A stretch of 57,295 nt of DNA, filler included, from Platydemus manokwari (Eukaryota): assembly GCA_037951405.1 (NCBI GenBank). It is 5 parts of 5 records of this genome, joined end to end, with 100 filler letters (N's around TTAATTAATTAA, not from the genome) between each part and the next. Parts side by side here need not be neighbours in the genome. Positions count along the whole stretch, not along the records: positions 33,079 to 44,425 come from JBBMOY010744426.1; positions 44,526 to 57,295 come from JBBMOY011890276.1; 3 more parts are not named here. One strand, 5' to 3'. Shown in pieces: positions 38,217 through 51,575 of this stretch (positions are counted from its first letter, which is position 1; every line of letters begins with the position of its first letter). The translations under genes and the position numbers were made by a program. The notes below the pieces were generated by a model. The model saw nothing but the letters and a program-made list of their open reading frames with translations. It did not search any database and had not been told where the DNA came from.

Positions 38217-39135
38217 AAATAATTATTCTTATCTACATTTGATGATCAATAAAGATTTTATTGAGTTTTTTTCGTGAATATTTTTTTTTCGGTAATATCT
38301 GGTAAAGAATGTTTCATGAATTATTTATATCACATTCAGTCGAATCAATCATCGGTGTAAATCGGAATACTTTATGCAATTGTAATATAAAACACAACAA
38401 TATGATCATTATCGACAATACATCTCATTACCAATTATTTTAATACTTAAACAATCTGCTGCCACACATTCTAATGGTAAAAAAAATTATTCAGAGAACT
38501 GTTGAAATCATATCCAAGAAAATTATCATATATTTGAAAACAAATAAATAAAAATTAACGAACCCGAGATATGGCACCGTCACTAAATTGCCATAATGAT
38601 TTTATCACTGGATAAACGTGATTCGAGAATTGAGAATCACATCATTTAGAACTCTATGGAGTGCTGCATTTGATCAGAACGTCGTTTCAGACAGAAAAAA
38701 TGAACAGAAAAACATTCCAAAAAATGATTAAAGAAGATAAATTTACAAAATATAACTGTGACAAAAATCAAAATACGCATTTAATGGCCAGTGAGAACGC
38801 ACGTTAATAGGATCACATATGTATATGTATCGAGTACCATCTACAACTAGAACATGCTGGCATTATCATCAATAACCACGTGTGTTCATTTATGTCTGAA
38901 TTGGAGACCGACCAATCTTGTGCTCACATTGATGCAGTCAACACATCACTTGTGCACATTTTTATCCATTAACCAATCACATGTGCACAAAGTAGAACAC
39001 ACATACAATCACACGCACACCACCTCATAGAGAATTATATATCACACTTTTTTACAAAACATTTCAGTAAAATGAAAAAATTTTATTTTTCCATAGGAGA
39101 ATTGTGTAATTTGTGTGAGTCCAAGCAATAATAAA

Positions 39136-42100
39136 TCACAAATCGAGATGCTCCCACCAATCGTTCTCGTAGCCTTCATGAACATGCTTGAGAAGAACGG
39201 CGCGACGTTGTTTACAGTATCGAGTCTTGTCTTGGACTCGTTGTTTAATATCGACTAGACTGTCAGTGGTGATGTCACGCTCGAGATATTCCGATAGTTG
39301 TTCGGTACTTTGCTCTAGGTCACTCTGGTTTCCTTCGAAAATTATCGACTGATTGTTCTTCTTGAGATAGTAAGCAAACACGTATGTATAATTGAGCGTC
39401 CGCCGACAATCACATAACACGTCGACAGCCTGCTTAAGAAATTGAACTTCAATCCAACTCATATTGTGCTGCTGCATTTCTTCCATTTTTTTCTGTACTC
39501 CCGTATAGAGTTTCGACTCGAATTTCAATGACTGCAAATGATTTGCATAACGATTGAAATAAAACAAATATCGCTGAAGAGCAGCACGCGAGGCTTCCTG
39601 TGCATCCCGGGCTTTCTGTGCGTCTGTTTCATTATAGCGATTGCAATTGTACCAAGCTGATCCATGTGGTTCCCATTGGTCGAGACAGACCCAACAAAAC
39701 TCGTATTTACAGGCCACATTCTTGCATACCATGTGATTGCAACCGCCATTCTTTTCAATGGTCGCTCGGCATTTCGGGCACTCTTTGGTGTTTGCCATTA
39801 TCCAATTCGACGTTTCACTGTCGTCGCGCATTTTCTTGAGCCATTTCTCGAGATAAGAGCACTGCACCGGATCATGCCACGACTCGCCACAAGCGAAGCA
39901 GAACACCGACGAACAACTCGAACAATCTATTCTGATGGCCTCCCTGCGTGCGACTCGTACGATATGATTGCACTCGACACCAGGACACCAAGTGAGAAGA
40001 GGATTGCAGTTCACAAAGCTATTGGCCACTGTTATCTGAAATCGCTGTTTCACATCAACACGGTCTCCAATCAACTGGTAGACCATGGAATCGTCCACAA
40101 TAATATCACATTGATGAGCAGGACACAGAATTTGGTCACCTTGATTTTCATTTACAATCTTTTGGTTGAGGTAACGTGCCCAACATCCGAGGCAGAACAT
40201 ATGTCCGCAGCCCAACCCTGTCATGTCGTCTAAAATATACAATGGCCAATCATTGATTCTCTTCAAGTACATTATTATTATTATTTCTTATAAAACCACC
40301 AATCCGCGATCAAATAATATAAAAAATCAAAATAATCACTCACTAAATGCAGTTGGAGTGTAGCAAATCTCACAAATCGGTTCTCCGCCACCACCAACCA
40401 TGTAACAGTTTGAATTTGGTTTGGCTTTTGAAATGTTGGTCTGATGTGACGCGCCACGAATTTTGCCATGATTGCTCTTGTGATCATCTGATGAAGGGAT
40501 ATATGTCATCATTTCAAAAACAATTACATAACATTCTAATCTTGTTCGATTTATTAATATTTACAATCCAACTCAGTTATTAAATATAAAATTAGATCAT
40601 ATTAATTATAATGGATTTCTAAAATTATCAAATTTCATAAACAAATTCGTACATTTATTTCAAAACTTTAATTAATAATAAGATATTTTCAAATATTAAA
40701 AGCGGCTTTCAGTGACTGTTCGATCAAAAACATAGAGCCGCCAAAATAGCACTTTCACTACTAATAGATAGAAAATTCACAAACGAGCTTTTCTACACGG
40801 TTGCGTCTCAAAAAATGTTCTGTTTTCCTGAAGTTGGTGGAGATTAAGAAAGTAATATATGAGAAAAGTTGAGCTAATGAAATTCGTCGAATTATTCATT
40901 TAATATTGTTATTATTTCATTCAATTTTCACATAAATTATTTTCAAACACCACTTCTTGGAATGAAAACCTGCTTTCAGCAATCGTTGACTAACTCATTT
41001 ACTCGAGTTTATAAACAAATAAATCGTATTTTATCATTCATTTCAAATATCGATCAACAATCTCTACAACTAATAATCTATTAAGGTAGGTTATACTCAA
41101 ATATCTTTCAACGAGGGATTAGTTGCTTCCTATTTTTTTCAAAACCACACCTTACGTTTGCAGATATTATAGACAAATGGCGGATTTTCAGTTTGTTTCT
41201 TTAAATATTTGTATAACACACTGAAACTCAAAAATATCATCTTTTATCGCATTGAAGAAATAATTACAAAACAATTTCATTGATTATGTAATTAACATTG
41301 GTGATTGGTAATTTTATATAACAAATTGAAAAATACAAAATTCGTCTGATGATAATATAAGAACGGATATTTATTTGATATTTTAAAATATATGGCGATG
41401 CTTTAATAGAATCATAGCGGAAGTATTCAACTAGGAATATCATACATTATAGACTCACCATATATATATATATATATTTAAAGGTACAAATTTAATCACG
41501 AAAATTATAAATATTGAATGCCGGAAACCAAAATTTATCTAAATTTCATCTGGAAGATAAAGATTGAAAGAACGTAAGAGTTTTAATTGCAATTACAGGC
41601 TCTTTATTCACACGTATCAAGTTGGTTGGTCATTGTGATTGGTTTCAAACAATATACACACCACTAACTTCAAATAGTCCTTCTAATACAAATAATCTCA
41701 ACAAAATTATCCTTCAAACTATATCATCGAAAACAACAGAATCAATTTTCAAATATTATAGGCTTCATTTTCACAACTTTTTTCAATTTCCAAATCAAAG
41801 AATCAATAGCGTGACCGATTTATTAAATAATAAATATTATAATCATCTTGCCATAATACAAAAATTCCAAAAAATAATTAAGTTTTCAAGTGTTTTGATA
41901 CGTTTGCCATAGGCTAATAAATACATCAGTCCATATATATGTGTGTATGTGTGTGTGTGCGTTAAAATAATTTTAATAAGCGGCAAAAACTTTTATTGAA
42001 TAATTATTCTACTCCATTACAATTTATTTGACATATATTCACAGAACAATTATTATTACTATTAAATATTTACAATCTTTAATTGGATTTGTTGAGAGGA

Positions 42101-44183
42101 GAAATATATAAAATTTATTTATAAATATTGTGAATTATTAATTTCAATCAATGAATTCATAATGACTGGAGCATATATATATAAATAAATACATGGTGAA
42201 GATATTAGTGAAATAAAAATATAATTTTATAAATGATTAATTGGTAATTAAATACACATCACGATACACTCAGTAGATTAATAAGAATAATGATTACGTA
42301 ATCGATATTATGAACATTATTACATATAAATATATTAAATATAATCCAATGAAAATTTCTAATAAAACCCAAAAGGTTGAGTTGAATCATAGATCGAATA
42401 TCAACAGATGAATGAAAAATATGTATATCATTTGTATTCGTTTGAATAGCGATTTTATACGGATGTTTTCAAAACACAGACTCTCATAGCGTGTTTTTAC
42501 AACATTATCCACCAACATTGCCATGAAATGGGAGATTTTCACTGGCTCCGTGACTTGTTGCCAAAATTTACTGACATGAAAAATTGAAAAGAAAAATAAA
42601 CAATCGTTCACTAACCAAAGCGCGCTTAACTCTTCAACACAAAAATAAACTCCATGACAACAACTATATTTGTAGACTAATCAAAATCACCATGGTTACC
42701 TTTCCACTAAGTGGGTTTCTTAAAAAGTTGCGGCCGGAAAAGTGTATTATAAATTGGAAAAAAAAAATCAATCTCATGAGAAAGGATGTTTAAAAATCCA
42801 TTCGATATTTCACGAGTCGTTCCTTGTTACAAAAACGTCGGGAAAATTCATCAAATGTCACAGATAAAATTTATTATTAATCTCTCTATGATAATATGAT
42901 AATAAATGATTGATTTCAACTTATAATGAGTAGCTCTATTCGTTACAATTGTTACACAATCAATTCAACTGATTTGTTTCAATTTTAATGCGTATATTGA
43001 TATTTAATATTACATAATTAATGGTTCCAACTAATGGTCAAATGGGGGGGGGGGAATTATTGATTTGTCTATGGCACGAATGGCATTGAAACAATCATAT
43101 CATGAAAATTGGGTTTGATTGGTTTATAAAATGTGATGAGATGGGATTTATTAATGTCGAAACAATCACAGAGACTCAATAAAATCGGTGTTGGACAATG
43201 AAGAGATAAATATCGAGAAAAATGAGCCAACTAGATCAATGCCAAATAATGGAATGCCATATATAAATGACGAAATTCTACTATAAAGAAATATTTCCAT
43301 ATTAAACACCAATCAATATATCTAAATCAGAAAACAAGAAAAATCAATAAATATAAAATCAAACAATTGCTAAATCTAAAAATCCACAAGGAAGCGTTTA
43401 AGTAGTTAGGAAATCGTTCTAGAAGACTATAGAGTGATTTCGTTGATGTGGGCGGGGATGAGATGATGGCGGTCAAATCAAGGGATAAATGATGAGGAAA
43501 ATGTAGTTTCTATAGATGCAAGACCAAATATTCAAACCTCAATTGCCTAATATTACCCTAATTGGTATTGGGAATTCAACGAAAAATATACCCACAGATC
43601 CATTTTTAATACTCGCTCACTCGGTGAACACAAATCTCATTGAGCCGTTAATAATATTTCCATATTCAATTGATTTCTTTTGTGATTCTTCATGATCGGA
43701 TTAATCAATATTAGATTTGTGATTTATAAAGGACTTCGGTCAAATATTCCAACAATGGTAATGTTATCATCATAAATTATAATATTATCATTTCATTCTT
43801 TTATACGTACTTGTGTTTCCACTTCTACAAGCTCGACTCAACAATGTTTCCCACGAATCAGTCTCTTGTTTCATGGGTAAAATTAGATTTGCATTCCGTA
43901 AAAAATTTTCCTCTCCTACATCAAAATAGCATTCGATCAAACGATGTTTATCCCATTTAAATTTCGTTAATAATATCCGTAAAAATGTGTGAGGCACTTT
44001 CATTATCTGTTCGACCTCACTGATAAGAATATTCATGTGTTCCAATAATTTGTCAACTGTATACAATTCATACATCACTGGTGTAGATTCATTCTCATCT
44101 TTCTCTTCTGGTGCAAGAACAACGGCATCATTGTTGTATTCATCATCATCAGTGAGAAAATCATCAGATTCATGATCATCCAT
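39136..44183 (-). CDS. ARIH1: Ariadne-1 RBR E3 ubiquitin ligase; exons 44183-43811, 40487-40344, 40229-39136 (536 aa)
   Basis: Acidic N-terminus, UBA-like [24 protein letters not shown]1 CEIC...[17 protein letters not shown]2 [22 protein letters not shown], and the Ariadne domain [12 protein letters not shown]. Both introns are GT-AG and phase 1, and the frame is consistent. Confidence 0.96.
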
Positions 44184-44425
44184 GTCTAAAATTAACCACT
44201 TTCTAAATAATTACAATGAAATCAAAGTTCATTAATGAAATAGGATGAATTAAATTATTTGAAAAATTATTTCACATTTTTAAAAAAGATAAAAATCGAG
44301 ATAATAATTAACAAAAAAATTATTAATTTATGGAGCATCTGAGTGAATAATTTAAATTAGAAAATATATTATAAACAAATTCATGAAATACAGTATAATA
44401 AATAATTTTATTTAATCAACAATTT

Positions 44426-44525
44426 NNNNNNNNNNNNNNNNNNNNNNNNNNNNNNNNNNNNNNNNNNNNTTAATTAATTAANNNNNNNNNNNNNNNNNNN
44501 NNNNNNNNNNNNNNNNNNNNNNNNN
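44426..44525. other. Artificial assembly spacer
   Basis: N44-TTAATTAATTAA-N44. Confidence 0.97.
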
Positions 44526-47500
44526 CCATATCGATGGTAATGATAGAATTACATTCTAATGAATACGGTCTAACTGTCCATTCTTCTGTATTGAACATCT
44601 TCTTATTGTTCCTAATCCATTCATAACTGTATTGTGCTGGTGCATGGTAATAAGCAGTTAAAATGAAACCTTTCTGAATGATAATTTGTTTATTTTGAGA
44701 AAACTAAGTAAATCAACGCTTCAAAAATTAATACAAATATAACACCCATCAAAATTTTATAATTCTTTCTAGAGACAATTTGATTTCAAGGGTGTAGTTT
44801 TGAATTTGACTAAACGATAATTTTCGGTTTTAGAGTCACTTGCGTTTTTGAATCAACTTAATTATTGAAATGAGTTTATAATTATTAAATTGATTATTTT
44901 GACCAGATCATCTCCTTTTGTGTAAGTTTGTCATTGATAATTTAAACAATATGGAATTGCATTCGTTAAATTAATCGACATTCCTAATTTTTAACATAAA
45001 ATAAATTTTATTTCATTGTTATATTTTATATTTCTAATCTTTATTCTTAATTATTTTTTTATAATTACCGTTAAGGTGCTCATGAATATCGATAAATGAA
45101 CAAATTAAATAATTATATAATCTCTCATTATTCAATTATGAGTTTATAGTAAAGGAAAATCAATTCTAAGAATTATATATTGTCGTTAGTTGTTCTCTTA
45201 TATACACACAAATATATATATAAACAAAAATTTCAAATGATAAGGAAGCAAAATTAATTATCCTAAAAGGCAATTCACTGATGACTTGGTTTCGCAGTCT
45301 TTTTTACTTATATGACATAAATTTAGTAGTTTAAAAACTTGTTTATTGATGGGTTCGAACTCAGGACCACTTTATTGTGGTGGACATGCAGATATGAAAT
45401 CAAAAACCAATTACAAAATAATAGTGAGTGTAAGTGATATTGAATGCGTTATAATCAAACAGTATGTGAATTATAAAATGATAGATTTGAAGTACTATCC
45501 GATATTGATAAATAAGTAAGAATATTACACAACAAAAATAATAAAGAAAATAAATATTGCTCATTCTGCAATCATATTCTACAATTTAATTTACCATCGT
45601 TCACTTAAATTATAAGAATATTATTATCATAAATGAAATATTAAAAAAAAATTTCAGTAGATTGTAATTCTAGTCTTTCAAAGTCCAAACAACTTTAAAT
45701 AGTTATTGAATAGACTACATTTTAAATGATTTAATATTCTCTTTTTCTAATCTTTACCGTATAATTTTAATCGAGATTTTCATCATTCTTTAGGAATTCT
45801 TGTTTGTTCGTTGATTTTTTTCTACTCATCTAAACTATTTTAAATCAAAAGCACCATTCTAAGAATCCCAGATCATTCCAACAAAATACTATCAAATTAC
45901 TGATTACATGAAAATGCCCTTTAGATGATTATTATTTTATTTTATTTTATTTTACACTGTTACTAGTTGAGTATCTAAAACATTTAAAATTTTTATTATT
46001 TTTAATATTAAATTTGATTGGATAGATTAGTTGGAAAAAGATTTAACCCGATTTACAAAATAACTAAAATTAAAAAAAACCCAATAAAAATAAAAGTGTT
46101 CCATCGAATATTACCGGTTATAAAAATCATTCAAAATGTCTTACTAATTTGTATCAATTATAAATGAATTATTATAAGCTGATTATTAATAGTAGAATTT
46201 CACCCGAGACGGAAGATGTGGCTGAAAATCGTCAAAATATGTTATGCATTGAACTTCGTCTCTAAACTAAATTTATTATGATTTGAAGTTTGAATCAAAT
46301 AAAGATATAATATAAAACTAATGAACTTAAATAGGCATGGGTTTAGAAGAACTCACTTTTAAGACTCCAATTTCGAATGTTTGATTTACGGGGCTTATTA
46401 AAGTAAAATGTAATCTTTCGTTAATTTTTGATTCCCACTGAAGACCCTTAATGAATTGTTTTCCACGACTATCATAAGAATGCGCTATGTATCTCAAAGC
46501 TTTGTATCCATTGGGCGATTGATAATAACACATCAATGCAAATCCGTCCAACTGATCACCGTGATCGTTAAAACTTGTCCCACTAGTTAGTGCGATTGAA
46601 CCTTATAGAAGTAAATATGAAAAATTATCATTTTATAATACAATTAGAATAAACGTTGCAATTAAAGTCTTTAATTATGTTAGAAATTTTAATTATTATC
46701 CAAATCTAATTTCAGCCTAATATAGATAAAATCAATTTATAAATTTTGGCTTCATTTTCATTTCATAACAAGAACAATTATAACATGAAACAACTTTTTC
46801 CTTTCTCATTTCAAATTCAAGTCTCCTCATTTCTTTTCAACAAATTAGAAAGTCAAAATTTTCGACAATTTAAATTCATATTAAAAGAAAAAATGATTTA
46901 TGATGATCGGCTAAATCATGTGCCTATTTTTAAATCGATTTGACTGCAATTTAATACCAGTAAACAAAATATATGATGAAATATATTAAATAAGAATAAT
47001 AATTAAATACATTTTCATAAAATCATCAACAATCAAAATCAAGTACGAATTATTATTCTCATACAATCTGCTAAATCCAATTCAAAGATGATTATAATTT
47101 CCCATTTTTCAGGATAAAATTATTTATGAAAATTTATTAATTCATGTTTTCATGTTTTTCTTCAGTTTCAAAGTTTAATTTTTATTTATTATAATTTAAT
47201 ATTTATTATAAAATTTTCAAGAATATTCTTGCAATAATCACATTTTATAATATTCGTCTTCATTATTTCCTGATCACGGACTAAATATCATAATAATTAG
47301 AACAACTACGTAATTTTTAAATCTCCAAGATGGATTGCTTTTTGATTTTCGAACTTAATTCTTTTTGTTGCGAAATTTCACCACACTTCAACCAACAATA
47401 TCTTAAAGTACATTTAAATCGGGAAGTATTCGCTTATAATCCAGCAGTTTCAGTATCAGTTTAAGATTGATCGTATTATTACATTCGACAAAATGTTCTG

Positions 47501-50455
47501 ACAATGCCTTTAAACACTTTTATTAATCCCATTTTAAATAACTGTCGTTTGACCAGCCTTGCGCCTTTCTTTTTTCCTGTGAAACCCAAATTTTTCCGAA
47601 ATTTTTTCACTTTTTACAACAGAGAAGTAATTATGAAAATTTTTAACAAATTATTTACATAAATTATAAAGGGTTTGGTTTTGTTTTTCCGGAATAATTT
47701 TAAACAATCGAAATTATACTTATCGTTGCTTTATAATGTACCAACCATGCACCAATAGTATACATTGTTGTACCGTTATATATTGATTGTTGTATTTATA
47801 TCCTATACGTTCGGATATATTTTTAATTAATTATATATAATTTTATTAAAAATGAAATACACCGAAGTCTAAAATTTAAAAGACTTTTTACATAATAATA
47901 ACTGAAGTGTTCACTTTAAAATCAAACATTAAACTCAGTTCTGACAGGTTTAGAAAGCAACTATAATTTCAAAAAAAAGATTTTTAATTATCATCAATTT
48001 GGGTTTGTATAAAGAAAATAATAAAAAAGAGGACAAGTGCCTAGGAATAAAATCATTTTCAGAGTTAAATTAAAAGAATGAAAGTCGATAATTATAGAAT
48101 AAGAAAATGTTGTGAATGATAAAACATACATTGATTTTTGATAATATAACGAGAGTGGTAAATATCCTTATTTTAAATACTCACACATATAAAACTAAAA
48201 TGAAAAAACTAAAAACTAAATTGTGATTTTTTGAAAATATTTTTATATTTTTTAAACTACTTTAAGAAATATGATTTCTTTGAAGCTAATTATTGGTATA
48301 TGAGTAGTGGTATTACAATTAAATAAAATCGGCAATAATTAATCATAGACTTTAATGAAAATAGATGCAAAACTTTCCAATGAAAGTACATTTACCTTGA
48401 TATGAAATAATTTCCGTCCATCCATTCATATTTCCAGAAAAAATCGGACACAAATAAGGCAGTTTATCACATTTAGAAAAAGAATTTCTTAAACAATCTC
48501 CAACATAACTCTTCTGCATTTCCATCATCTGTTGAACTTGTCTCGAAACCGGACACCAAGCCCACTTAACTAAACTTTTGTATTCCAAAGGAATCCAAAA
48601 ATGCAGTTTATCGGATTTAAATGACATCAATTGATCTGAACAGGAAAAAATTTTGGGAATATCAGCTGGAGTCAAATATTGTTTATAAGTTTCTTTAACT
48701 GTTTCTGGATAAGTTAAAACCATATCTAAAAATAAAAAATAATGTCAAAAATGAATTAATCATAATCATAATCATAATAATGAAACAAATAAGCTAATAA
48801 TAATAGTAATAATAATAATCACCATCGTCATCACCATATTAAATAAAATAAAATAATGATAATAATAATAATCATCAGCATCATAATCAACAACATAAAA
48901 TAATATTAATAATAATAGTAATAATAATAATAATAATTATTATTATTATTATTATACTGAAAACAGTATTAAATCACATATGATTCAGCAACCACTATGC
49001 ATACTATTTCATCATTTGAAAAAGTTCCCATAACAACGGCATTAACAACGAAATGTGGTGTGAAGTCATTCTATTTGTTATTTAGGAGACATTTATTCAT
49101 TTTATTTCACCAATAACTAGAATTTAACGAATAAAAATATTTACGTAAGTAATTTATTATAATCTCAATTTGAGATTGTGAATATTTTTTGTCAGAAATG
49201 TGCATTTCTATATTTATTTTATATCGATAAGTTTCTGTTATGTAAGTAGATATTTTGAAGTTATTTATGAATATACAAATCAAATAAGAAGTGCAGGACA
49301 AATGATTTCACATTTCCTTTTTTTAGTTGTAATTTTCACTAATAAAATAAGAATATCAAATAATTGAATTTTTTTACCAAAGCACATTAAGATTCTGAGA
49401 AAAGGAAGTTTTATTTTTCCAACATTTTTATATTTCTTTTTTTTTAATATTTTGATTTATTAAAAATCGTTTGAATATGAATTGTAAAATTTAGAAAATC
49501 TCCGTTTGAATTAAAAACATGTTAAATTCACTCTAGTCTTAAGGACGAATTAAGTTGATTGCGTAATATTTTGCTACTGGACATATCACATTTTGATCAG
49601 TAATTACTACTAATTCTCCAGGACTGGCTAGCCAAAACAACAAGTGTATAAAATAGCCACTCGACAATGTTGTAAAACCAATGAGAAGACTTCAAATGAA
49701 GAAATCTTGAATTAGAATATCAGATATATCAATCTTAATAATTCAATTTAAAAGCCGACGTGAGGACTCGTGCGACCCTGTTCTAAAGACTGTTATATTT
49801 ATGTATAAAAAATATTAATACAAAATATTGCAAGACATCAAATGTTAAATAATTCTTCTATTTTTGTCAATATTGTCATCGATATGTATAAGCTTCCGAT
49901 CTCCTCATTGGTTAAACAAAAAAATTCATATAATCGATTTCCTACACCTAATAATTCAAATTAAATTTGTCAACAGTGTTCTCGAGTTTGAAACCCTCAT
50001 TGATTGGAAATCTTAGTCATAAAATTTATATTTACCACACCGAAGCATTACATCAAAGAAGACAAGCTTCCAAATTTGCTAAATAAGCGTTTGTTTTTCT
50101 AGCAATGAATTTAGTAATAAAGAAGTGTGCTGAATATTATATTCGTAAAAAATCAAATTACTTTTATCCCAATATAAGGCATCTCGTATCTCCAAATAGT
50201 TCGACAAAACCATTCCTGATCGAGGAGTTGAAGATTTGAAATAATAGAATCCACTTAGATCATTATCAGTAGTACTTGGTAAATCAATGATCAATTTGAA
50301 TCCTGAAATATCTTCACTAAATCTCTATTCTTATTCGAAATTTTCTACCTGATTTATTTTGCAGCCACTTCACTTTGAAATTCATATTCAACCATGTCAT
50401 GTTTGTGTTATTCTTTGGTATGACGCGGCACGTGGAAATGGCAAAAACTTTAACC
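44526..50455 (-). CDS. Multi-exon gene (or recent pseudogene) of unknown function, possibly a large extracellular protein
   Basis: Exon-like blocks with splice sites at ~50350-50455, ~50160-50305, 48396-48726, ~46355-46602, ~46204-46262 and ~44526-44672. The 48.4-kb and 46.6-kb exons join in phase 1 (YQ G SIALT). Cys/Trp-rich content. Some junctions are not phase-consistent, and one block at ~44935 has an in-frame TGA. Confidence 0.5.
48760..48955. repeat. Degenerate (AAT/CAT)n microsatellite
   Basis: Visible trinucleotide runs, switching from AAT to TAT. Confidence 0.85.
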
Positions 50456-51010
50456 TACACACATTACCATTACCAAACAATGTTTATACGTTATAATAAA
50501 AATATTTCGATAATTAATAGACAAATGCTGTAAATAGAATCTTAATTCTATTTACCGATTATGATAAGCATGCTAAAATATAAAATAATTTTTTATCTAT
50601 TAGGTTTTTTAAGCATATTGATTGAGAAATTTACGCAATATGAGCCAACAGTAAGCGATACAATATCTTAGTGCAAGAAAGAAAATTTAAAAAATTAAAA
50701 TTCTTGTAAATGAAAAATAAATCTAAAGATTGATAAATTCAAAAGTCGAAAAATAAATAACTCATTAGATCAGTGAAATATTTATTTTTATATATTAACT
50801 TTTAAAAATTATATTTCGAAAATAAAGTTGAATAAATTGAAATACCGAAATAATATGCTGTGATAAATAATAAAATGTTGTAGTTTTCAAAAAATATTTT
50901 TATCCAATAAGGATTCAAATAAAACTGATATTTTGCAAAAACTTGTAACCTACTATTACTTTAAATACCACGCATTTAAAACAAACTGAAAAGACACGGG
51001 AGAGCTGCAA

Positions 51011-51575
51011 ATTAAAAATTCTGATGTTCGATTGGCTGGTGTCTTGTCCAATACACAGAAATTGTGCCTGGGGAAAATAACGATCCCAATAGTTTGAAAC
51101 AACAAAATTCTAGTAAAGGAGATCATTGTTGTTAAAGAAATTTCACCAGAATTTATCGGAGGAGTTCATATGATGAAAACTTGTGGAATATTCCTTGCAG
51201 GGTTAGAATCAATTGATGCCAAGGATGTGGGAAAGAAATACAGCGACTAAGACAGAATCGAAATGGTACTGAAGAGTATCACTGATAAGAACGATATTTT
51301 GTTGAATAGGTGTATAAAAGAAAATGGCTCAATTTTTGGGCTTTTCAGTTCGATTTGGGACTAACAGATTTGGTGAAGCACGAGATTCGTACAAAAGGGG
51401 AACCTATTGCTCAAAACTCAAGAAGGCAGCCAATAAATTTACATACCAAAATTCAAGAATTGATAGAAAACTTCTCGAAAATAATGTCATAACGTCTTGC
51501 AAGAGCCCTTGGAACTTCCCTTTGGTCGTGGTTCCTTAGAAAGATGTATCGATCAAGATGTGTTTAGACCTCAGC
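51011..51575 (+). mobile_element. Ty3/Gypsy fragment (protease C-terminus to RT N-terminus), same family as 16610-17900
   Basis: 51011-51212 aligns with the reverse complement of ~16699-16900, then continues FDLGLTDLVKHEIRTKGEPIAQ...SPWNFPLVVVP*KDVSIKMCLDL. Confidence 0.88.

Noticed and set aside
39600-40233. Plus-strand ORFs of 79 and 189 aa
   Set aside because: Antisense to the ARIH1 last exon; explained by its higher GC content.
45345-45390. tRNA T-loop/B-box-like GGTCCTGAGTTCGAACCC on the minus strand
   Set aside because: No acceptor stem or full cloverleaf could be built; at most a SINE scrap.
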